NCBI GenBank assembly: GCA_043826505.1
Contig: JBDRQC010000008.1
Location: 114,125-178,124, forward strand
Length of the DNA: 64,000 nucleotides
Direction of reading: 5' to 3'
Origin: Chrysiogenia bacterium
GTDB taxonomy: Bacteria > Acidobacteriota > Aminicenantia > UBA2199
Part shown: piece by piece, positions 37,151 to 45,369 of the stretch
How positions within the stretch are numbered: position 1 is the stretch's first letter
Layout of the letters: every line of letters begins with the position of its first letter
Position numbers and translations under genes: made by a program
The notes under the pieces: model-generated
What the model saw: the letters and a program-made list of their open reading frames with translations, nothing else
Database searches by the model: none
Told to the model about the DNA's origin: nothing

Positions 37151-38893
37151 ATGGCAAAAGTATTAATGGAACGTATCGGTTCGCCCATCGAGACGTTTAT
37201 GGATCCGGCCGACTTCAAAACAAACCAGGAGTACATGAAGCGATTGAACGAGAGTTACCAATCCAAACGCCAGGAGGTCAAGGCAGGCTGGGGCGAGCAA
37301 TATGCGGAACGGGCGCATAAAAAAGGGAAAATGACCACCTGGGAACGGATCGAATTTTTAAAGGATCCCGGCAGCAAGGTATTCCCCATCGGCACCTTTG
37401 TTAACTACGGATTGGAATTCGGTGAAGGCAGCAATAAACGCAAAGCGCCCGGGGCAGGAGTGGTTACCGCATTTGTCAAGATCGAGAACCGCCACGTGAT
37501 AGTAATCGCCAATGACAATACAGTGGCTTCGGGTTCCTGGTGGCCCCTTACGCCGGAAAAAATCGAACGGGCGCAGGAAATTGCGCTTCGACTGAGAATT
37601 CCCGTGGTATATATTATCGATTGCAGCGGTTTATTTTTGCCGGAGCAGTCCAAAACCTTTCCTGGAAAAACCGGGGCGGGATATATATTTAAAATGAATG
37701 CTCTATTAAGCGCCCAGCAGGTACCCCAGATAGCCGGTGTATTCGGCGACTGCATCGCCGGCGGAGGGTATATGCCCATCATCAGCGATATCGTCTACAT
37801 GACCGAGCAAGCATACATGGTCATTGCCGGCGCCGCATTGGTCAAAGGCGGCAAGGGCGAGCAAATCACTTCCCTTACCATCGGCGGACCTGACATCCAT
37901 GTCAATATCTCCAACTGTGCGGACTACAGGGTACCAAATGACAAAGCGCTCCTTTTGAACATCAAGAAAGAAATCGCCAAGCTCCCGTCCAGCGGTATCG
38001 AGTATTATTACTACGGCCAGGAGCCTGCGCCTCCCCTTTTCGACCCCGCTGAAATCGAAGGAATATTTCCCATGGATTACAGGGTCACCTATGATATCCG
38101 GCAAGTTATCGCCCGGATCGTGGATAACTCTCTTTTCTGGGAAATATTCCCCGACAGGGGCAAGGAAATTGTCTGCGGTGTCGGCAAGATCAATGGATTG
38201 TACGTGGGTATCGTTGCCAACAACCAGAATTTGACCGAACACCCTGTGCACAAAGGCAGTAAACGGCCAGGAGGCATCCTGTACAAGGATGGCATCGCTA
38301 AAATAACGACTTTCTCCAGGGCCTGTAATTGCGACGGTATTCCTATCATATGGTTGCATGATATCGCCGGGTTCGACATCGGCCCCGAAGCGGAAAAAAT
38401 GGGCTTATTGGGATGGGGTTCCAATTTGATTTACACCAATTCCACTAACTCCGTCCCGTCCATTACCGTGCTTTTGCGAAAAGCCTCCGGAGCCGGATAC
38501 TACGCCATGAATGGAAGGCCTTACGAACCCATCGTGCAATTGTCCACTCCCCTTGCACGGCTGGCGGTGATGGAAGGCAGGACACTGGCCATCGGCGCTT
38601 TCCGGACAAAACTGGATGAGAATTTCAATATTGTTTTTACAAGCCAGGAAGAGCACGACAAGGTAAAAAAAGGAATGGATGAGTTGGAACTCCGTATCAG
38701 CGAAGACATGAACCCGATCCTCAGCGCGCGCCAGCTGGATACTGATGAAATTGTCCTGTTAAGCGAATTGCGGTCTTACCTGGAAACTGTCACCGAAATG
38801 ACCTACCAGAGTATCGGCTACAGGCGCGTGAAAAACCCGCGCATATGGTCTTTGCATGATATCGATGCCTTATCCGGGGATACGGGAGATTGA
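37151..38893 (+). CDS. Acyl-CoA carboxyltransferase (3-methylcrotonyl-CoA carboxylase beta / glutaconyl-CoA decarboxylase alpha-like)
   Basis: [53 protein letters not shown]; 580 aa with two CT domains. Confidence 0.85.
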   Translation: MAKVLMERIGSPIETFMDPADFKTNQEYMKRLNESYQSKRQEVKAGWGEQYAERAHKKGKMTTWERIEFLKDPGSKVFPIGTFVNYGLEFGEGSNKRKAPGAGVVTAFVKIENRHVIVIANDNTVASGSWWPLTPEKIERAQEIALRLRIPVVYIIDCSGLFLPEQSKTFPGKTGAGYIFKMNALLSAQQVPQIAGVFGDCIAGGGYMPIISDIVYMTEQAYMVIAGAALVKGGKGEQITSLTIGGPDIHVNISNCADYRVPNDKALLLNIKKEIAKLPSSGIEYYYYGQEPAPPLFDPAEIEGIFPMDYRVTYDIRQVIARIVDNSLFWEIFPDRGKEIVCGVGKINGLYVGIVANNQNLTEHPVHKGSKRPGGILYKDGIAKITTFSRACNCDGIPIIWLHDIAGFDIGPEAEKMGLLGWGSNLIYTNSTNSVPSITVLLRKASGAGYYAMNGRPYEPIVQLSTPLARLAVMEGRTLAIGAFRTKLDENFNIVFTSQEEHDKVKKGMDELELRISEDMNPILSARQLDTDEIVLLSELRSYLETVTEMTYQSIGYRRVKNPRIWSLHDIDALSGDTGD

Positions 38894-38894
38894 A

Positions 38895-39497
38895 ATGACG
38901 GACGAGAAATCAGGGTCATTGGCGGCTCTTGCGGAATTCAGGGATTCGCAGTACATCGTACTATCTCCCAGGGTGGGAAACTTTTCAGGCATGCCCCAAC
39001 CCGGAGCCTGCCTTCCCGGCGGTTCTTTTGTCGGCAGGCTTAAAATTTTGAATACTTTTTATGATCTCCGTTTGCCCGGCGATGTTTCCGGACTGGTGGT
39101 GACGGATAGCGGAAAAGATTTTGTTTTCCCCGTGGAATACGGGCAGGAATTGTTTCGCTTGGACCGGGAAAAGAGTTTCAGCGAATCGGAAAAGCCGATC
39201 GTCAACTTGATCTCAAAAACCGGGGAAGATGCGGAATCCGCAGAAGGTCATGTAATTACCGCCTTTACCACCGGTATTTTTTATGCCAAACCTGGTCCCG
39301 ATTCAGCGCCGTTCGTGACTGTAGGCCAGGAGATAAAAAAAGGAAAAACATTGGGATTGATCGAAGTAATGAAGACTTTTAATTACATCAGTTTCCCCGG
39401 AACCGATAAAGGGGAAGCCGGGATAATTAAAAAAATATACGTAAAGGACTCACAGGAAGTCAAATTAGGGCAACCGTTATTTCTTATAGATCAGTAA
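38895..39497 (+). CDS. Biotin carboxyl carrier protein with an extra N-terminal biotinyl-like domain
   Basis: C-terminal GIFYAKPGPDSAPFV...LIEVMKTFN...VKLGQPLFLI. N-terminal copy lacks the MK motif. Confidence 0.85.
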   Translation: MTDEKSGSLAALAEFRDSQYIVLSPRVGNFSGMPQPGACLPGGSFVGRLKILNTFYDLRLPGDVSGLVVTDSGKDFVFPVEYGQELFRLDREKSFSESEKPIVNLISKTGEDAESAEGHVITAFTTGIFYAKPGPDSAPFVTVGQEIKKGKTLGLIEVMKTFNYISFPGTDKGEAGIIKKIYVKDSQEVKLGQPLFLIDQ

Positions 39498-39643
39498 CTT
39501 AAAGCAATTAACTTGGTAAAAAAACAAGATAATTTGCTTTCTAAGGTACTTATCCCCCCTTGCGGGGACTTCGCAGTACAGCTGGGTTAGCCACAGCGGC
39601 ATGAAGTACGGGATGTAGTGAAAAAAATTAACGGAGGTTGAAG

Positions 39644-40807
39644 ATGTCCTTAAATTTTGATTTGCCCGAAGAAGCAATAATGATTCGCAACACCGTAAGG
39701 GAATTTGCCGAGGAAGTGATCAGGCCCAAAGCCCGGGAGCTTGATGAAAAAGAAGAGTTTTCCCCCGAATTATGCAAACAAATGGGAGATCTGGGACTTT
39801 TTGGTTTTGGCATTCCCGAAGCGTATGGTGGCAACGGCATCGGCTATATTCCTTATTTGACAGCCGTGGAGGAATTGGCGCGCGTGGATGGCTCTCAGGC
39901 CGTGACAGTAGCGGCACATAATTCATTGGGGATCGGGCCCATATACTTTTTCGGCAGCGAAGAACAGAAGAAAGAATACCTGCCCAGGTTATGCACCGGT
40001 GAAAAATTATGGGGATTCGGACTTACCGAACCCGACGCCGGTTCCGATGCAGGCGGCACGAAAACCAAAGCTGAAAAAATCGGCAGCGAATGGGTCATCA
40101 ATGGCTCGAAGACTTTTATTACCAATGCCGCCGGGGACGTATGCCTTGGCAGCACGATTCAAGCCATAAGCGGAGTGAGACCCGACGGGAAAAAGGAGTA
40201 TACGTGTTTCCTGGTGGACCAAGGATCCCCCGGGTACACGGCCAGGGCGCTTCATGACAAAATGTTATGGCGTTCATCCATAACCGCGGAACTCTTTTTG
40301 GATGATTGTCGCGTGCCTGATGAAAAAATATTGGGAAAGCGCGGTGAAGGATTTCATCAGATGCTCGATACCCTGGACAGGGGCAGGTTGTCTATTGCGG
40401 CCATGGGTTTAGGCTGCGCCCAGGGCGCTTATGAACTGGGTTTGAAGTACGCCAAGGACAGGAAGCAATTCGGCCAATCCATTTCGACGTTCCAGGCCTG
40501 CGCATTTAAACTGGCGGATATGGCAGTGGAGATCGAGGCCGCCAGGAATTTGCTTTATAAAGCCGCCTGGCTGTGTGAAAACCGCAAGGATTATAAAATG
40601 TACTCATCGATGGCCAAGCTTTATTGTTCGGAAGTCGCGCACCGCTGTGTTGACCAGTCTTTGCAGTTGCACGGCGGATATGGATTGATGAAGGAATACG
40701 ACATCGAACGTCTTTACCGGGATCAACGGGTGCTGGAAATCGGCGAAGGCACGTCCGAGATTCTCAGGCTTGTGATTGCCCGGCACATCGGATGTTTTAA
40801 TGTATAA
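39644..40807 (+). CDS. Acyl-CoA dehydrogenase (isovaleryl-CoA dehydrogenase-like by context)
   Basis: FGLTEPDAGSD, INGSKTFITN, LDRGRLSIAA, RDQRVLEIGEGTSE. Start MSLNF after GGAGG. Confidence 0.88.
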   Translation: MSLNFDLPEEAIMIRNTVREFAEEVIRPKARELDEKEEFSPELCKQMGDLGLFGFGIPEAYGGNGIGYIPYLTAVEELARVDGSQAVTVAAHNSLGIGPIYFFGSEEQKKEYLPRLCTGEKLWGFGLTEPDAGSDAGGTKTKAEKIGSEWVINGSKTFITNAAGDVCLGSTIQAISGVRPDGKKEYTCFLVDQGSPGYTARALHDKMLWRSSITAELFLDDCRVPDEKILGKRGEGFHQMLDTLDRGRLSIAAMGLGCAQGAYELGLKYAKDRKQFGQSISTFQACAFKLADMAVEIEAARNLLYKAAWLCENRKDYKMYSSMAKLYCSEVAHRCVDQSLQLHGGYGLMKEYDIERLYRDQRVLEIGEGTSEILRLVIARHIGCFNV

Positions 40808-40909
40808 AAAATCTCTTGCCGCAAATGCTCCAGGCCGCAAAGGATAGGCTATTTTATGCCTTCGTGACCCAGCGGCAATAAATATTTTGGAAAAACAGGA
40901 AGTGAGCAA

Positions 40910-41704
40910 ATGATGAACAAGACTTATGAGACGCTTAAATATGATGTCAAAAACCGGGTGATAACCATCTGGCTGAACCGGCCCCAGGTCCACAATGCGT
41001 TTAACCATACCATGCTGGCGGAGCTGGCGGATATTCTGGAAGTCGTGGATCGATCCGACGACATCCGGGTGATCATTTTTACAGGCGAAGGTAAATCATT
41101 TTCTGCCGGAGCGGATTTGAATTGGATGAAGAAAATGATCGATTACACCTATGAGGAAAATCTCAAAGATGCCCTGATGATTTCAGACGTTTTCCATAAA
41201 ATTTACACCCTTAGCAAGCCGGTAATTGCGGCTGTCAACGGGGCAACCATCGGCGGCGGGATGGGATTTGTCGGAGCGGCCGATATCGTAATTGCCTCGG
41301 AAAATGCGAGATTCAGTTTATCCGAGGTGAGAATCGGAGTTGTTCCCGCCTGTATTTCGCCTTACCTGGTGAAGCGGGTCGGGGAAGGGGTATTAAAAGA
41401 ATTATTTATAACCGGGATGCGGTTCGCTGCGGACAAAGCCCTGGACATCAAGTTGATCAATTACAAAGTAGGGCCTGAGCAGTTGTTGGAATTTGCCATG
41501 GAAAAAGCCGGGGAATTATGTTTGTGCGGCCCCATGGCCATAGCGGTATGCAAGCAGTTATTTGTAGAGGTTCCCGGAATGGACTTAATGACTGCCTACA
41601 ATCATACGGCTGATGTGATAGCCAAAATGAGAATATCGCCGGAAGCGCAGGAGGGGATGAAAGCGTTTCTTGAAAAACGCGCCCCGGCCTGGCAGGAAAA
41701 ATAA
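40910..41704 (+). CDS. Enoyl-CoA hydratase family protein, methylglutaconyl-CoA hydratase (LiuC)-like
   Basis: LNRPQVHNAFN, FSAGADLNWMK, VNGATIGGGMG, FSLSEVRIGVVPACISPY, EAQEGMKAFLEKRAP. Confidence 0.82.
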   Translation: MMNKTYETLKYDVKNRVITIWLNRPQVHNAFNHTMLAELADILEVVDRSDDIRVIIFTGEGKSFSAGADLNWMKKMIDYTYEENLKDALMISDVFHKIYTLSKPVIAAVNGATIGGGMGFVGAADIVIASENARFSLSEVRIGVVPACISPYLVKRVGEGVLKELFITGMRFAADKALDIKLINYKVGPEQLLEFAMEKAGELCLCGPMAIAVCKQLFVEVPGMDLMTAYNHTADVIAKMRISPEAQEGMKAFLEKRAPAWQEK

Positions 41705-41740
41705 GGCCCGTCCCCCACTCCCTTTTCCTGCAAATAGCCA

Positions 41741-42922
41741 TCAAACAATTTTTAGTGCTTGATCCAAATCCTCCATGATATCCTGGACAGCCTCGATGCC
41801 TACGGATAATCTGACCAGGTCATCAGTAATTCCGGCTTTTACTTTTTCTTCTTTGTTTACAGAAGCATGAGTCATTGAGGCCGGGTGTTGAATGAGAGTT
41901 TCCACCCCGCCCAATGATACGGCCAAGGTTGCCAAATGAACACTGTCCATCAGTTTTCGCCCGGCTTCCAGACCGCCTTTTACACCGAAACTGATCATCG
42001 AACCGGATCCGCTCATTTGCTTTTTTGCCAAAGCGAATTGGGGATGAGATTCGAGTCCGGGATAGCGAATCCAGGCGATCTTGGGATGACTTTCCAAAAA
42101 GTGAGCGACCTTGATAGCGTTTTCCTGGTTGCGTTCCACGCGCAGAACCAAGGTTTTTACTCCGCGCAGAACCAGATAGGCTTGATGCGGGTCCATATTG
42201 CAGCCCATGTAAACCATGGCATGGCGGATCTTTTCATATAAGTCCTTGCTTTTGGTTATGACAATTCCGCCAACGATATCAGCATGACCATTAATAAACT
42301 TTGTGACAGAATGCAGGACTACATCCGCACCCAGATCCAACGGCTTTTGCAAATACGGAGTGGCAAATGTATTGTCAACAACCAAAACCAAATTGTGTTT
42401 TTTTGCGATCCCGGCACAGGCTTTGATATCGGTAATATCTATTGTAGGATTTGCCGGCGTTTCAATATAAAGGACTTTTGTATTGCTCTTTATTGCTGAC
42501 AGGATGGCATTCAGGTCTGTGGTATTTACAAAATCAGCTTCAACACCAAAGCGTGAAAAATCCCTTTCCAGTACAACTCGTGCCGGACCATAAACAGAAG
42601 CCGTGCTTATTATATGGCTTCCGGCTGCCAATTGCGCCATGTAAACACTCGTTATCGCGGCCATCCCGGAGCTTGTGGCAATTCCATCATAACCATTTTC
42701 CAACTCAGCAATGTTATTTTCGAGTGCGCGGATCGTCGGATTGGCGATTCTCGTATAAATGTATCCAGCGCTTGCACCGGAAAAACAATCTGCACCGTGC
42801 TGGGCATTCTTGAATTTAAATGTAGAAGTTTGATAGATGGGAACAGTAGCGCTCCCGAATTGATCTTCAAATCCTCCACTGTGAATCAGTTTGGTGTTAA
42901 ATCCCATGTTCTTTGTTTTCAT
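41741..42922 (-). CDS. mgl: Methionine gamma-lyase / PLP-dependent transsulfuration enzyme
   Basis: VPIYQTSTF, YTRIANPT, YIETPANPT, VDNTFATP, HSVTKFINGH (PLP Lys), AVSLGGVETLIQHPASMTH. Confidence 0.8.
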   Translation of the reverse strand: MKTKNMGFNTKLIHSGGFEDQFGSATVPIYQTSTFKFKNAQHGADCFSGASAGYIYTRIANPTIRALENNIAELENGYDGIATSSGMAAITSVYMAQLAAGSHIISTASVYGPARVVLERDFSRFGVEADFVNTTDLNAILSAIKSNTKVLYIETPANPTIDITDIKACAGIAKKHNLVLVVDNTFATPYLQKPLDLGADVVLHSVTKFINGHADIVGGIVITKSKDLYEKIRHAMVYMGCNMDPHQAYLVLRGVKTLVLRVERNQENAIKVAHFLESHPKIAWIRYPGLESHPQFALAKKQMSGSGSMISFGVKGGLEAGRKLMDSVHLATLAVSLGGVETLIQHPASMTHASVNKEEKVKAGITDDLVRLSVGIEAVQDIMEDLDQALKIV

Positions 42923-42952
42923 GTTTCTTCCTTATTTATATAATATTTTTGG

Positions 42953-43960
42953 TCATAAACCCAGGTTGTTGAAGGTCGCTTCTGCATCGCGAACCAATGC
43001 GCATACTATCTCTCTGACCGGCTTGACATCACAGATCAGTCCCACGCTCTGGCCGGCCATCAATGAACCGTTTTCCACATCGCCTTCCTGAACGGCGCGG
43101 CGCAGGGCGCCGACCCAGTATTTTTCAACCTCGAACTGGGCCTGTACGCGATTGATCTCTTTGCGGCCCAGCTTTTGGATCAGTTCCAGCTGCAGCCGGC
43201 CAAATTCCTCGCTGCCCTTGTTTTTCAGGGCGCGCACGGCCACTACCGGCAATTCCGAGCTGTACTGCGGCGTGGCGAAAGCTTCCCGGGCCCGCGCTCT
43301 GCAGAACCTTTCCTTGAACTTGGGGTGGGCCGGGCTCTCCTCGGCCATGGCGAAAATTGTGCCCATCTGGACGCCGGCCGCTCCCATCAACAACAGGTGG
43401 GCTATCATCTTCCCTGTGGCAATGCCGCCGGCAACAAAAACCGGCAGCTGCGGGTAATTGAACAACACCTGCTGGATCAAAACAATAGTGGAAACATGGC
43501 CGATGTGACCGCCGGCTTCACTCCCTTCCAGGATCAAGGCGTCGGCTCCATAAGCGATCATGCGCTCGGCGATGGAATCGTTGGAAGCAAAGCACAGCAC
43601 TTTGGCTCCGCTTTCCTTGGCTGTCTTCACCTCTTCCTGGCGCGGAAAACTGCCGGCAAAAACGATGTATGGCACTCCAAGGTCGGCCAATTTTTTTAAA
43701 TGAGTCAGATAATTAGGAGCGATGGTGATCAGATTAACGGCGAAATGACAGCCTCCTTTTTGAAGAGCTTTCACTTCCTGTTCCAGAATATCGGCCGGCA
43801 TGTTGCCGGCGGCCAGCACTCCGAACGCTCCGGCCGCGCCCACGGCTTCGACCAGCTTTGCGCCGCTAATCCAGGTCATGGCGCCGGCGATCAGGGGATA
43901 TTCCACTTGCAGGAAATCCCGGCCGCGCCGCCAGTATTTTTCGTGTTTCTTGGCTATCAT
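42953..43960 (-). CDS. FabK / nitronate monooxygenase family flavoprotein
   Basis: PLIAGAMTWIS, EGSEAGGHIG, VAGGIATG, GVQMGT, GSLMAGQSVGLI. Confidence 0.85.
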   Translation of the reverse strand: MIAKKHEKYWRRGRDFLQVEYPLIAGAMTWISGAKLVEAVGAAGAFGVLAAGNMPADILEQEVKALQKGGCHFAVNLITIAPNYLTHLKKLADLGVPYIVFAGSFPRQEEVKTAKESGAKVLCFASNDSIAERMIAYGADALILEGSEAGGHIGHVSTIVLIQQVLFNYPQLPVFVAGGIATGKMIAHLLLMGAAGVQMGTIFAMAEESPAHPKFKERFCRARAREAFATPQYSSELPVVAVRALKNKGSEEFGRLQLELIQKLGRKEINRVQAQFEVEKYWVGALRRAVQEGDVENGSLMAGQSVGLICDVKPVREIVCALVRDAEATFNNLGL

Positions 43961-44124
43961 AGGAGCATTTTAGCATAGATGAGCCATGAAACCAAGGAAT
44001 ATGAACTCGGTTTACGGCATACGGTACACGGTTGACGGCAAGAATCAAATTCCAAATCCCAAGCAGCAAATACCAAATAAGCTCCAAACACCAATGACCA
44101 AAACGAAGAAAGGAATGAAGGCAG

Positions 44125-44150
44125 GTAGGGGTTTGATTAATCAAACCCCT
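44125..44150. repeat. GTAG-family REP
   Basis: GTAGGGGTTTGAT-TA-ATCAAACCCCT. Confidence 0.75.
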
Positions 44151-44290
44151 CCAGGATCTAGAATTTTAAAATCGCGTAGCGCCTTTATTTAACAGCGAAA
44201 TCTTGTGTCTTTCCTAACCCATCTACCCATTAACCCTTCTACCCATCTACTTTCTGGTTTTGGTTATTGGTGCTTGGATTTTAAAGAACC

Positions 44291-44315
44291 GGGAGGGTTT
44301 AAAACCCTCCCCTAC
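44291..44315. repeat. GTAG-family REP (reverse orientation)
   Basis: GGGAGGGTTT-A-AAACCCTCCC-CTAC. Confidence 0.75.
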
Positions 44316-44550
44316 GTTTGGTAATGGCGAGGGGCCTCTGTTTTCTGACATCTGTTTTCTTCCCTATACCATGAACCCTAAACCCTATCCCCTGTTTCCT
44401 GTACCCTGTTCCCTGTACCCTGTCCCCTATCCTCAGTACCCTCAACCCTCTACCCTGAACCCTATCCTGTGCCTTCCATTTTATCGCTCAGCGGCTCCTT
44501 GAATTTTGCTCAAGAATGGAATATAATCAAGTATCCTCATCAGGAGATTC

Positions 44551-45348
44551 ATGAAAATAATTGAATTCAACCCCGATGGCAAATCGACTGCATTTTCTCC
44601 AAGTGCAATTCCTGCCGAAGCATTCCAGAAAAACGAGATCTTTCGGGAGATACTCCCCCTGGTTTTCCATAAAATGAAAAACAAGCTGACCCCGGTCCTT
44701 GGTTATGCCCAGATCCTGCAATCCCGTTCGAGCGATGAGTTCATAATCGACCGGCTGCGCAGGATCGAAAAAAACACGGCCGAATTGACGGACGCATTCA
44801 ATATTTTGAAGGACTATTTCAAGGCCGCGCCCACGCCCAAGCAGCCGGGGAACATCAATCTCATTCTGCAAGCCATGGGCCCCAATTGGCAGGAAGTCGC
44901 CAATAATGGAAAGATCAGGATCGTGCTCGACCTGGACCCGAAGGCCCCTGTCCTGTGGCTCGACACCGCCCAATTGAAAATTCTGCTGCTGAACATGGTG
45001 GACAACGCCGCCCTGGCCCTGAAAATGAAAGAGCCCCAGGAAAAAGAGATCAGACTGACTACCCGCATGGAAGACAATGCCTTGAAGCTGGTCGTTCGCG
45101 ACAACGGCCCCGGCTTGAGCGAAGAGGAGATCAACGAAATCTGGACGCCTTTCTATGCGAAATTCCCGGAACACGCTGGTCTGGGACTGGTGATCTGTGA
45201 AAAGGTCATCGCCAATCACGCGGCTGCCTGCCGGGTCTCATCATCATTGGGGGAATTCTGCCAATTCGAGATCCGTTTTCCCCTGCCGGAAAACCCGATT
45301 GAAAAGAAGAAAAAGAGCGCCGGGAAAAATCCCTGCTCCAAAGTGTAA
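44551..45348 (+). CDS. Histidine kinase core (HisKA + HATPase) without a sensor domain
   Basis: FHKMKNKLTPVLGYAQ H-box, NMVDNA N-box, DNGPG, AGLGL. SD CAGGAG. Confidence 0.8.
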   Translation: MKIIEFNPDGKSTAFSPSAIPAEAFQKNEIFREILPLVFHKMKNKLTPVLGYAQILQSRSSDEFIIDRLRRIEKNTAELTDAFNILKDYFKAAPTPKQPGNINLILQAMGPNWQEVANNGKIRIVLDLDPKAPVLWLDTAQLKILLLNMVDNAALALKMKEPQEKEIRLTTRMEDNALKLVVRDNGPGLSEEEINEIWTPFYAKFPEHAGLGLVICEKVIANHAAACRVSSSLGEFCQFEIRFPLPENPIEKKKKSAGKNPCSKV

Positions 45349-45369
45349 AAAAGTATAAAGGAGGCAATC

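Larger units (their letters stand above)
44007..44475. repeat. Composite nested intergenic repeat region
   Basis: ACGG heptamers (44014-44038), CAAAT arm (44047-44105), REP, WWCTACCC-type octamers (about 44214-44252), TTGG arm (44256-44282), REP, ACCCT heptamer run (44382-44475). Confidence 0.8.

Noticed and set aside
43866-44502. Small ORFs over the repeat block (43866-44144, 43986-44192, 44260-44502) and 63137-63355
   Set aside because: Their odd periodic peptides (for example KFQITNPKFQIN, PVPCSLYPVP) come from translating heptamer repeats.
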